DNA from: Eledone cirrhosa
Lineage: Eukaryota
Direction: 5' to 3'
Assembly: GCA_964016885.1 (NCBI GenBank)
Contig: CAXHJY010000491.1
Coordinates: 62,001 to 126,000, forward strand
Length of the DNA: 64,000 bases
The notes under the pieces: generated by a model
What the model was told of the DNA's origin: nothing
Databases searched by the model: none
Seen by the model: only the letters and a program-made list of their open reading frames with translations
Program-made: the position numbers and the translations under genes
Shown: positions 44,598-56,700 of the stretch, in pieces
How positions within the stretch are numbered: the first letter of the stretch is position 1
How the letters are laid out: every line of letters starts with the position of its first letter

Positions 44598-44664
44598 TTT
44601 TATTATGCGCATTTCAAAAACAAATATAATCATGCAATAATATTTGTGTTTTCATCAGATAAAA
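44598..44664 (-). ncRNA. Type I hammerhead ribozyme motif
   Basis: Reverse complement of 45964-46030. Confidence 0.9.
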
Positions 44665-45963
44665 CAGGAAGACATGATATGAAGGTTAAAAAACACTTGT
44701 GGATAGTGCAGTTTTAAATCAACATATGAAAAGTAGTTTTAGATTGATGTGTGATATTGGGAAAAAAATATTTTATTTTGAGGGGGGGGGGGTGAAAAAG
44801 AGGAGGAGATGAGAGTAAAAAGTGGAGAGGGAGGAGTATAATGAGGAAGGATGAGATAGGAGGAGAGATGGGTGATAGAGAGAGAGAGAGATAGCTTTTA
44901 TAACTGAGAAAGATATATTGTTTTACATAGAGAGGTTGAAAACCGTTGGAAGATAATGTATAAATTAAAAGAATTTAAAAATTAACGAAGAGAAATATCC
45001 AAAACTTTATCAATTTAGAATCTTTTTCTCAAAGGCACATATATATATATACACTTCTTTAAAAATATACCCATCTTTCTACCGTATTTCAAAGTCTTTA
45101 TTATACATTATATAATACTTGTTACTCATTCTATAATATTGTTACTCATTCTATATCGCTCCTATTTATCACTTCCCTTTCTTCTCTTTTGCTTTTAATG
45201 TCTAACCCGTAATCTGTACCTTTTCTCACTGTTGCCTAACATAGAAACAATTATTACATAATACAATACTTTCTTACTCTATATCACCTTGTAAAAATCG
45301 TTCGTAAACATAAACATTTTTTTGACGTTAGATTATTCATCCTCAATTCATTATTCTTTTCTCCCTTTCATCTAACTTATTCATGCTCATCTCACAATAT
45401 ATCCTTACATAAATTACCTGTTGTTCTTTGTAATAATAAATATCAACATTTTCTTTCCATCGCACATATTATTAAACCCTTAAATATTATTTATAATACA
45501 TATTAACTTTTTCTTTCCATCGCACATATTATTAAACCCTTAAATATTATTCTTAATACATATTAACATTTTCTTTTCATCGCACATATTATTAAACCCT
45601 TCAATATACAAACCTTAACTTTACATTATTTTTCTCTTCGTTAATTTTCAAATTCTTTTAATTCATACATTATCTTCCAACGGTTTTCAACCTCTCTATG
45701 TAAAACAATATATCTTTCTCAGTTATAAAAGCTATCTCTCTCTCTCTATCACCCATCTCTCCTCCTATCTCATCCTTCCTCATTATACTCCTCCCTCTCC
45801 ACTTTTTACTCTCACCTCCTCCTCTTTTTCATCCTCCCCCCCAACCTCAAAATAAAATATTTTTTTCCCAATATCACACATCAATCTAAAACTACTTTTC
45901 ATATGTTGATTTAAAACTGCACTATCCACAAGTGTTTTTTAACCTTCATATCATGTCTTCCTG

Positions 45964-46030
45964 TTTTATCTGATGAAAACACAAATATTATTGCATGATT
46001 ATATTTGTTTTTGAAATGCGCATAATAAAA
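45964..46030 (+). ncRNA. Type I hammerhead ribozyme motif
   Basis: TTTTAT CTGATGA AAACACAAATAT..ATATTTGTTTTT GAAA TGCGCA TA ATAAAA; palindromic stem III ATGCGCAT. Confidence 0.92.
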
Positions 46031-46060
46031 TACATGGAACTCTTTTAACCATCTTTTGTT

Positions 46061-46141
<81 letters not shown>

Positions 46142-46154
46142 GTGTGTGTATGTG

Positions 46155-46203
<49 letters not shown>

Positions 46204-46244
46204 ATGATATTGATGAATGGAAACTATATTTATAAAACCATATT

Positions 46245-46305
46245 TATTCTATAATATATATTTCAAGGGTACCAAAACTTTGGTACGCTCTCATCAGATA
46301 AAATA
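46245..46305 (-). ncRNA. Type I hammerhead ribozyme motif (cassette 46202-46430 between TA tracts)
   Basis: TATTTTAT CTGATGA GAG C GTACCAAA-GT-TTTGGTAC C CTT GAAA TATATA TT ATAGAATA. Confidence 0.9.
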
Positions 46306-46454
46306 CAAAGTTTGTTTTATAAATATTGACATATCCAGGAAGGAGATCTTAACGGTTCGAGCTTTTCCTGGATAGTGTTATAAATATATAGATTTATTGA
46401 ATTACCAACAAATTACATATCCCTTTGCTTATATATATATATATATATATATAT

Positions 46455-46797
<343 letters not shown>

Positions 46798-46990
46798 TGT
46801 GTAGATAAATCTACCAAAATATACGGTAGTGTCCAATCCGTATGAAGAACCCAATGTAATCCAAATATAATGAAAAGAGAAGATGCATTCAAACATTTTC
46901 GATGGAAATCATAGGAAAACAGAGTCAAGATAAATTAATAAAAACAATGAAATAAAAACAAAGGACTAGTTCCTTATATGAAAAAATTCA

Positions 46991-47120
46991 TCATTTTACG
47001 ATCGTTTCTAGGATATATATGTGTGTTGGTATGTATATCATATAGATCTATGTAAAAATATTACAAACTATCAGAGGAAATATACATACCTTCACATATA
47101 CATGCTGTCTTCAGAAATGA
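46991..47120 (-). ncRNA. Type I hammerhead motif with extended stem II
   Basis: TCATTT CTGAAGA [long hairpin] GAAA CGATCG TA AAATGA; 6-bp stem I, GUA triplet. Confidence 0.85.
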
Positions 47121-47250
47121 TCATTTCTGAAGACAGCATATATATGTGAAGGTATGTATATTTCCTCTGATAGTTTGTAATATTTTTACATAGATCTATA
47201 TGATATACATACCAACACACATATACATCCTAGAAACGATCGTAAAACGA
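47121..47250 (+). ncRNA. Type I hammerhead motif with extended stem II
   Basis: TCATTT CTGAAGA CAGCATATATATGTG..GGTATGTATAT..ATATACATACC..CACATATACATCCTA GAAA CGATCG TA AAACGA (one stem I mismatch). Confidence 0.8.
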
Positions 47251-47321
47251 TGAATTTGTTCATATAAGGAACTAGTTCTTTGTTTTAATTTCATTGTTTT
47301 ATATATATATATATATATATT

Positions 47322-47657
47322 GGTCAATCAATGATAAACACTGATTGCTAAATAAATTAACTATGGAGATATAAAATATACAGAAGCGAAAACCAACCAA
47401 ACAGTGAGTGTGTTCTGGCAATATTGTTACAACAATATGGGCGGGGATTGGAAGTATCAGTAGAAGGTCGGACGCCATGCTTTGCAGCATAGAGTTACAC
47501 CCCTTTATGGTGTGAGTTAAAATCCCGCCGAGATTCACTTTGTCTTTCATCCTTACGGGGTCGATAAAATAAAGTACCATTAATTTACTGGGGCAATTGC
47601 TGGCCTTGTGCCAATAGTAGACACAATTATTACAACAATATGACCCTCCCCAAGTAT

Positions 47658-47662
<5 letters not shown>
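47322..47662 (+). mobile_element. Diverged 3' tail of PLE family 2, interrupted by a SINE
   Basis: Ends TGACCCTCCCCAAGTATAACAA-(TA)n, compared with TGACCCTCCCAAAGCATAACAA-(TA)n at 34257-34278. Confidence 0.6.
47440..47629 (+). mobile_element. Near full-length SINE with a 13-bp target-site duplication
   Basis: TTACAACAATATG at 47427-47439 and 47630-47642; body homologous to 32804-32987. Confidence 0.88.
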
Positions 47663-47708
<46 letters not shown>

Positions 47709-47836
47709 AAAGTTCTATTTAAAGTTGTTGGGATACAACAAGTAAATATTTTTATAACTTATATAAAGCACTCGACGAATTTTTGGAGTAGATATACGAT
47801 ATTAATAAATGGAAACTATATTTATAAAACCATATT

Positions 47837-47901
47837 TATTTCATTATACATATTTCAGGGATACCACATTAAATTATGGTATGCCTTCATCAGACAAAAT
47901 A
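47837..47901 (-). ncRNA. Type I hammerhead ribozyme motif
   Basis: TATTTTGT CTGATGA AGG C ATACCA..TGGTAT C CCT GAAA TATGTA TA ATGAAATA. Confidence 0.88.
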
Positions 47902-48080
47902 CAATATATAACAGTTTTACAAATAGGTTTGACGTACCCTTTTAAAATACAACCATTACTTTTGGAATACTTTTAAAATTACTTTTAAAATACAACCATT
48001 ACTATCCAGACAGCCTCCAAAAGTAATGGTTGTATTTTAAAAGGGTACGTCAAACCTATTTGTAAAACTGTTATATATTG

Positions 48081-48145
48081 TATTTTGTCTTATGAAGGCA
48101 TACCATAATTTAATGTGGTATCCCTGAAATATGTATAATGAAATA
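48081..48145 (+). ncRNA. Hammerhead copy with core mutation CTTATGA (G5 to U), likely inactive
   Basis: Reverse complement of 47837-47901 except for the core base. Confidence 0.75.
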
Positions 48146-48184
48146 AATATGGTTTTATAAATATAGTTTCCATTTATTAATATC

Positions 48185-48224
<40 letters not shown>

Positions 48225-48227
<3 letters not shown>

Positions 48228-48556
48228 GAGGTTATATTTAATTTGTTGGGATTCAACAAGCTTAAACATTTTTATAACTGATATAAAGCACTCAACAGTT
48301 AGTGGAGTAAATATACAATATATTAACAAATGGAAACTATATTTATAAACCCATATTTATTATATAAAACCATATCCAGGAAGCTCCAACCGTTAAGGTT
48401 GTCTTTTTTCAGGGTATGTCAATATTTAATTACAAAACTAATCTGTATTGTATTTTATCTGGTGAAAGCGCACCATAATCTGCCGTGGTGGCCCTTGAAA
48501 TATGTATAATAAAATAAATCTGGTTTTATAAATATAGTTTCCATTTGTTAATATAT

Positions 48557-48565
<9 letters not shown>
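48225..48565. mobile_element. Third cassette of the same family (minus-strand tail 48225-48360, plus-strand body 48373-48560) with hammerhead variant CTGGTGA at 48451-48516
   Basis: TATTTTAT CTGGTGA AAG C GCACCA..TGGTGGC C CTT GAAA TATGTA TA ATAAAATA; flanked by (TA)n. Confidence 0.8.
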
Positions 48566-48640
<75 letters not shown>

Positions 48641-48644
<4 letters not shown>

Positions 48645-49122
48645 CGTGTGTATAGTATATTTGATAATATACTGTATGTTCAATTTAAAACATTCTAAAA
48701 ACTATTCGCTATGAATTTTAAATTAAGTAAGTGACTATGTCACTTACTTATTCTCTTAAAATAGAGAATCGTCTTCAAAATGTCTTCAATCAAACATACA
48801 GTATATTGTTAAATAAATATATTCCTATCGATATCGCTAATTTTTGCTGGACCGGCAACCTCGCTGTTTAATCAGCTCTTAAACATTACTGGAATTCTAT
48901 AAGAATCTAGTTTTTATAATTCTCGGCAGAAGCGAAGAGGTTAGTAGTCTTGATAACCGCTAACGAGTGAGAAACAGGATTGTCGATTACTACCATTTGT
49001 GTTTGCCAAGAATAAGTAAGTGACATAGTCGCTACTTTGAAATTCATAGCGAATGGTCTTCAAAATATTTTGAATTAAACATACAGTATATTATGAAATA
49101 TACTATACATACATTCATATAT
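48641..49122. repeat. Older imperfect fold-back (arms ~48641-48753 and ~49010-49122) with an extra partial inverted copy at ~48760-48812
   Basis: AATATACTGTATGTT / AACATACAGTATATT and GACTATGTCACTTACTTATTCT / AGAATAAGTAAGTGACATAGTC. Confidence 0.75.
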
Positions 49123-49150
49123 ACATCGCTATTTCAGAGCACCAATACTA

Positions 49151-49235
<85 letters not shown>

Positions 49236-49741
49236 TATGTATGTATATGTATAAATAAAATATTCCTCCGTATTTTTTACTAAAGAATTTTTGCCTGATA
49301 GTGGAGTTTCCGGCGAAACCTCCTATTTCTATCTTCAAACTCGCTCCCTGTTTCAAAACGTACTTACCTATATATATGTATATATGTGTGTGCGAAATTA
49401 GAATTTTATTTCTCGCCCTATATATATATCTGTATAAATACAGACTGTGTAATCGGGACTGCACAAAACCTGTATAAGTATATACATATATCTAATGTGG
49501 AGGCATGTAAACATGACAAAAAATACGAATTTCCCTGTAAATTGAAAATATGGTAAACATCTTTAACCGATTTTTGGGATCTTATTGGACCCTCAACCGT
49601 AAATTGTAAAGCACTCAACCTTATGCAACTCAGCCATCTTTGATGTAGAATCATGCTGGTCGTGCGGGAACGGATTTAAATATATTATAAAGTAAAATGA
49701 CAGGAGGCCGGACAGGTTGAATTCCCTTAATTATTTATTTC

Positions 49742-49812
49742 TGCAAACAATATGCACATTTCAGTGGCCAGACTGCGTATGTACCCGGTGATATCATCAG
49801 GTGTAAATTGCA
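49742..49812 (-). ncRNA. Partly decayed type I hammerhead motif
   Basis: TGCAA-TTT-ACAC CTGATGA ..CCGGG..TCTGG.. GAAA TGTGCA TA TTGT TTGCA, followed by AATAAA; base of stem II is mismatched. Confidence 0.65.
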
Positions 49813-50765
49813 CAATAGTTGTATTCCAAAGGAATGATGGTAAACACATTCCAAGAGAATTTAAGGAAAAAGACAAGGAAAAAAACAGAGAAGAGAAAAG
49901 TGTACTTTTGTCTTCGACCTAGAGATTAAGATAAATTGCGCTTCAGTGCAGCAGCTAATTGTTTTTATTGCGCAAAGTCACTGCATTACTGAGCGTCTTG
50001 GACATGTGCAGTGTGGTTTTTGATGGTGGCGTTTCTATTGTATTGAAAGTAATCTTCATAATATGTGTGCAGTGCCTAGCAGTGCTATTTACTCAATGTT
50101 GTATATATTTGTTATGTGCTAGGGTACTCTTCGTGATATGTATGCAGTGCCTAGTAGTGATATTTACTGAATATTGTATATATATGTAAGTCCTGGAATT
50201 CCGGTTATGTATCTGTCTGTATGTTGTTTTATCATTCCTAGCGCAGCCATTATTATAGGTATTGTTTCTGTTTTATAATCCACACTCGGGTTATTTCTAC
50301 CTCTATATCTTTATATTTTGAGAGGTTTTTCATTTTTTTAGAGATATATTATCGAGAAAGTGTGCTTTTGTTTTCGACCCAGAGACGATCCTGGCCGCAT
50401 GTTGTTATTTTGCCTCGATGTCTCTGTGTAATCTTTCTTGTTAGATTGTTATACAAATAGGGGGTTGTACTGTTTATTGTGTGAGTCGTTAGTACCTCTA
50501 ATTCAAAAGTATTCGGACAGAAAGTGAAGGGGGACGGGGGGAGAACATCGGGTTACAGAGAATGATATTCTATTAAGGTCTATAAACTTCAACAGAAAGT
50601 ATACAATGGACGGAGCAATAGGTACATTCAGAGCTTAAAAGAAATTTACGGTTAGAATTATTAAGAAGTTATATTTAAGATTAATTTTAGGAATTAAAAA
50701 TTAAATATTAAAATTGGGGATTAAAATTGAAAGTTTAAAAATGAATAACAATTTAATTAGGTAAT

Positions 50766-53700
50766 AGTAGAGTCCGTACAGCTGACCAGTGAAGTACAAT
50801 ATGTTAGGCCATGTTTCCCACATGTAGACAGTAGAGTTAGTACAATTGGCCAGTGAAGTACAGTATGTTAGGCCACGTTTCCCATATGTAGACAGTATAG
50901 TTAATACAATTGACCAGTGAAGTACAGTATATTAGGCCATGTTTCCCACATGTAGACAGTAGAGTTAGTACAATTGGCCAATGAAGTACAGTATATTAGG
51001 CCAGATTTCCCACATGTAGACAGTAGAGTTAGTACAATTGGCCAGTGAAGTACAGTAGGTTAGGCCATGTTTCCCACATGTAGACAGAAGAGTTAGTACA
51101 ATTGGCCAGTGAAGTACAGCATATTAGGCCATGTTTCCCACATGTAGACAGTAGAGTTAGTACAATTGGCCGATGAAGTACAGTATATTAGGCCAGGTTC
51201 CCCACATGTAGACAGTAGAGTTAGTACAACTGGACAGTGAAGTACAGTATATTGGGCCATGTTTCCCACATGTAGACAGTAGAGTTAGTACTGTTGGTCA
51301 GTGAAGTACAGTATGTTGGGCCATGTTTCCCACATGTAGACAGTAAAGTTAGTACAATTGGTCAGTGAAGTACAGTATATTAGGCCATGTTTCCCACATG
51401 TAGACAGTAGAGTTAGTACAATTGGCCAGTGAAGTACAGTATGTTAGGCCATGTTTCCCACATGTAGACAGTAGAGTTAGTACAATTGGCCAGTGAAGTA
51501 CAGTATATTAGGCCATGTTTCCCACATGTAGACAGTAGAGTTAGTACAATTGGCCAGTGAAGTACAGTATGTTAGGCCATGTTTCCCACATGTAGATAGT
51601 AGAGTTAGTTCAATTGGACAGTGAAGTACAGTATGTTAGGTCATGTTTCCCACATGTTGACATCAGAGTTAGTACAATTGGTCAGTGAAGTACAGTATAT
51701 TAGGCAATGTTTCCCACATGTAGACAGTAGAGTTAGTACACAGGGTCAGTGAAGTACAGTATGTTAGGCCATGTTTCCCACATGTAGTCAGTAGAGTTAG
51801 TACAATTGGCCAGTGAAGTAAAGTATGTTAGGCCATGTTTCCCACATGTAGACAGTAGAGTTAGTACAATTGACCAGTGAAGTACAGTATATTAGGACAG
51901 ATTTCCCACATGTAGACAGTATAGTTAGTACAATTGACCAGTGAAGTACAGTATATTAGACCATGTTTCCCACATGTAGACAGTAGACTTAGTACAATTG
52001 GCCAGTGACGTACAGTATGTTAGGCCATGTTTCCCAGATGTAGACAGAAGACTTAGTACAATTGGCCAGTGAAGTACAGCATATTAGGCCATGTTTCCCA
52101 CATGTAGACAGTAGAGTTAGTACAATTGGCCAGTGACGTACAGCATATTAGGCCATGTTTCCCACATGTAGACAGTAGAGTTAGTACAATTGGCCAGTGA
52201 AGTACAGTATGTTAGGCCATGTTTCCCACATGTAGACAGAATAGTTAGTACAATTGGCCAGTGAAGTACAGCATATTAGGCCATGTTTCCCACATGTAGA
52301 CAGTAGAGTTAGTACAACTGGCCAGTGAAGTACAGTATATTGGGCCATGTTTCCCACATGTAGACAGTAGAGTTAGTACTGTTGGTCAGTGAAGTACAGT
52401 ATGTTGGGCCATGTTTCCCACATGTAGACAGTAAAGTTAGTACAATTGGTCAGTGAAGTACAGTATATTAGGCCATGTTTCCCACATGTAGACAGTAGAG
52501 TTAGTACAATTGGCCAGTGAAGTACAGTATGTTAGGCCATGTTTCCCACATGTAGACAGTAGAGTTAGTACAATTGGCCAGTGAAGTACAGTATGTTAGG
52601 CCATATTTCCCACATGTTGACATCAGAGTTAGTACAATTGGTCAGTGAAGTACAGTATATTAGGCAATGTTTCCCACATGTAGACAGTAGAGTTAGTACA
52701 CAGGGTCAGTGAAGTACAGTATGTTAGGCCATGTTTCCCACATGTAGACAGTATAGAGTTAGTACAATTGGCCAGTGAAGTACAGTATGTTAGGCCATGT
52801 TTCCCACATGTAGACAGTAGAGTTAGTACACTTGGTCAGTGAAGTATAGTATGTTAGGTCATGTTTTCCACATGTAGGCAGTAGATTTAGTACAATTGGC
52901 CAGTGAAGTACAGTATGTTAGGCCATGTTTCCCACATGTAGACAGCAGAGTTAGTACAGTTGGTCAGTGAAGTATAGTATGTTAGGCCATGTTTTCCACA
53001 TGTAGACAGTAGAGTTAGTACAATTGGCCAGTGAAGTACAGTATGTTAGGCCATGTTTCAAACATGTAGTCAGTAGAGTTAGTACAATTGGCCAGTGAAG
53101 TAAAGTATGTTAGGCCATGTTTCCCACATGTTGACATCAGAGTTAGTACAATTGGTCAGTGAAGTACAGTATATTAGGCAATGTTTCCCACATGTAGACA
53201 GTGGAGTTAGTACACAGAGTCAGTGAAGTACAGTATGTTAGGCCATGTTTCCCACATGTAGACAGTATAGAGTTAGTACAATTGGCCAGTGAAGTACAGT
53301 ATGTTAGGCCATGTTTCCCATATGTAGACAGTAGAGTTAGTACAGTTGGTGAGTGAAGTATAGTATGTTAAGACATGCTTTCCACATGTAGGCAGTAGAT
53401 TTAGTACAATTGGCCAGTGAAGTACAGTATGTTAGGCCATGTTTCCCACATGTAGACAGTAGAGTTAGTACAGTTGGTCAGTGAAGTATAGTATGTTAGG
53501 CCATGTTTTCCACATGTAGACAGTAGAGTTAGTACAATTGGCCAGTGAGGTACAGCATATTAGGCCCTGTTTCCCACATGTAGACAGTAGAGTTAGTACA
53601 ATTGGCCAGTGAAGTACAGTATGCTAGGCCATGTTTCCCACATGTAGACAGAAGAGTTAGTACAATTGGCCAGTGAAGTACAGCATATTAGGCCATGTTT

Positions 53701-56700
53701 CCCACATGTAGACAGTAGAGTTAGTACAATTGGCCAATGAAGTACAGTATATTAGGCCAGTTTCCCCACATGTAGACAGTAGAGTTAGTACAATTGGCCA
53801 GTGAAGTACAGTATGCTAGGCCATGCTTTCCACATGTAGACAGTAGAGTAAGTACAATTGACCAGTGAATTACAGTATATTAGGACAGATTTCCCACATG
53901 TAGACAGTATAGTTAGTACAATTGACCAGTGAAGTACAGTATATTAGACCATGTTTCCCACATGTAGACAGTAGAGTTAGTACAATTGGCCAGTGACGTA
54001 CAGTATGTTAGGCCATGTTTCCGACATGTAGACAGAAGAGTTAGTACAATTGGCCAGTGAAGTACAGTATGCTAGGCCATGTTTCCACATGTAGACAGTA
54101 GAGTTAGTACTGTTGGTCAGTGAAGTACAGTATGTTGGGCCATGTTTCCCACATGTAGAGAGTAAAGTTAGTACAATTGGTAAGTGAAGTACAGTATATT
54201 AGGCCAGGTTTCCCGCATGTAGACAGTATAATTAGTACAATTGGCCATTGAAGTACAGTATGTTAGGCCATGTTTCTCACATGTAGACAGTAGAGTTAGT
54301 ACAGTTGGTCAGTGAGGTACAGTATGTTAGGCCATGTTTCCCATATGTAGACAGAAGAGTTAGTACAATTGGCTAGTGAAGAACAGCATATTAGGCCATG
54401 TTTCACACATGTAGACAGTAGAGTTAGTACAATTGGCCAGTGAAGTACAGTATGTTAGGCCATGTTTCCCACATGTAGACAGAAGAGTTAGTACAATTGG
54501 CCAGTGAAGTACAGCATATTAGGCCATGTTTCCCATATGTAGACAGTAGAGTTAGTACAATTAGCCGATGAAGTACAGTATATTAGGCCAGGTTCCCCAC
54601 ATCTAGAAAGTAGAGTTAGTACAATTGGCCAGTGAAGTACAGTATGTTGGGTCATGTTTCCCACATGTCGACAGTAGAGTTAGTACAAATGGCCAATGAA
54701 GTACAGTATATTAGGCCAGGTTTCCCGCATGTAGACAGCATAATTAGTACAATTGACCAGTGAAGTACAGTATATTAGGCCATGTTTCCCACATGTAGAC
54801 AGTAGAGTTAGTACAATTGGCCAGTGACGTACAGTATGTTAGGCCATGTTTCCCACATGTAGACAGAAGAGTTAGTACAATTGGCCAGTGAAGTACAGCA
54901 TATTAGGCCATGTTTCCCACATTTAGACAGTAGAGTTAGACCAATTGGCCAATGAAGTACAGTATATTAGGCCAGTTTCCCCACATGTAGACAGTAGAGT
55001 TAGTACAAGTGGCCAGTGAAGTACAGTATGGTAGACCATGTTTCTACATGTAGACAGTAGAGTTAGTACTGTTGGTCAGGAAGTACAGTATGTTGGGCCA
55101 TGTTTCCCACATGTAGACAGTAAAGTTAGTACAATTGGTCAGTGAAGTACAGTATATTAGGCCATGTTTCCCACATGTAGATAGTAGAGTTAGTACAATT
55201 GGCCATTGAAGTACAGTATGTTAGGCCATGTTTCTCACATGTAGACAGTAGAGTTAGTACAGTTGGTCAGTGAGGTACAGTATGGTAGGCCAAGTTTCCC
55301 ACATCTAGACAGTAGAGTTAATACAATTGACCAGTGAAGTACAGTATATTAGCACAGATTTACCACATGTAGACAGTATAGTTAGTACAACTAACCAGTG
55401 AAGTACAGTATATTAGACCATGTTTCCCACATGTAGACAGTAGAGTTAGTACAATTGGCCAGTGACGTACAGTATGTTAGGCCATGTTTCCCACATGTAG
55501 ACAGAAGACTTAGTACAATTGGCCAGTGAAGTACAGCATATTAGGCCATGTTTCCCACATGTAGACAGTAGAGTTAGTACAATTGGCCAGTGAAGTACAG
55601 CATATTAGGCCATGTTTCCCACATTTAGACAGTAGAGTTAGACCAATTGGCCAATGAAGTACAGTATATTAGGCCAGTTTCCCCACATGTAGACAGTAGA
55701 GTTAGTACAATTGGCCAGTGACGTACAGTATGTTAGGCCATGTTTCCCACATGTAGACAGAAGACTTAGTACAATTGGCCAGTGAAGTACAGCATATTAG
55801 GCCATGTCTCCCACATGTAGACAGAAGAGTTAGTACAATTGGCCAGTGAAGTACAGCATATTAGGCCATGTTTCCCACATTTAGACAGTAGAGTTAGACC
55901 AATTGGCCAATGAAGTACAGTATATTAGGCCAGTTTCCCCACATGTAGACAGTAGAGTTAGTACAAGTGGCCAATGAAGTACAGTATGGTAGACCATGTT
56001 TCTACATGTAGACAGTAGAGTTAGTACTGTTGGTCAGTGAAGTACAGTATGTTGGGCCATGTTTCCCACATGTAGACAGTAAAGTTAGTACAATTGGTCA
56101 GTGAAGTACAGTATATTAGGCCATGTTTCCCACATGTAGACAGTAGAGTTAGTACAATTGGCCATTGAAGTACAGTATGTTAGGCCATGTTTCCCACATG
56201 TAGACAGTAGAGTTAGTACAGTTGGTCAGTGAGGTACAGTATGTTAGGCCATGTTTCCCACATGTAGACAGAAGACTTAGTACAATTGGCCAGTGAAGTA
56301 CAGCATATTAGGCCATGTTTCCCACATGTAGACAGTAGAGTTAGTACAATTGGCCAGTGAAGTACAGTATGTTAAGCCATGTTTCCCACATGTAGACAGA
56401 AGAGTTAGTACAATTGGCCAGTGAAGTACAGCATATTAGGCCATGTTTCCCACATGTAGACAGTAGAGTTAGTACAATTGGCCAATGAAATACAGTATAT
56501 TAGGCCAGTTTCCCCACATGTAGACAGTAGAGTTAGTACAATTGGCCAGTGAAGTACATTATGCTAGGCCATGTTTCCACATGTAGACAATAGAGTTAGT
56601 ACTGTTGGTCAGTGAAGTACAGTATGTTAGGCCATGTTTCCCACATGTAGACAGAAGAGTTAGTAGAATTGGCCAGTGAAGTACAGCATATTAGGCCATG

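Larger units (their letters stand above)
44463..46063. mobile_element. Head-to-head fold-back cassette (arms ~44565-44996 and ~45630-46063) with a hammerhead in each arm, flanked by (TA)n
   Basis: Identical spurious ORF tails in the track ([10 protein letters not shown]...WIVQF on both strands); spacer has a 60-bp tandem repeat x3 at ~45448-45602. Confidence 0.88.
46941..47300. mobile_element. Spacerless 2x180-bp palindrome; each arm is a hammerhead with a ~100-nt stem II
   Basis: Axis between 47120 and 47121 (AAATGA|TCATTT); right end abuts (TA)n. Confidence 0.88.
47706..48190. mobile_element. Fold-back cassette (arms ~47792-47966 and 48016-48190), same family as 46202-46430
   Basis: Near-perfect inverted repeat between (TA)n tracts; the left arm carries an extra ~85-bp 3' tail. 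Confidence 0.88.
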
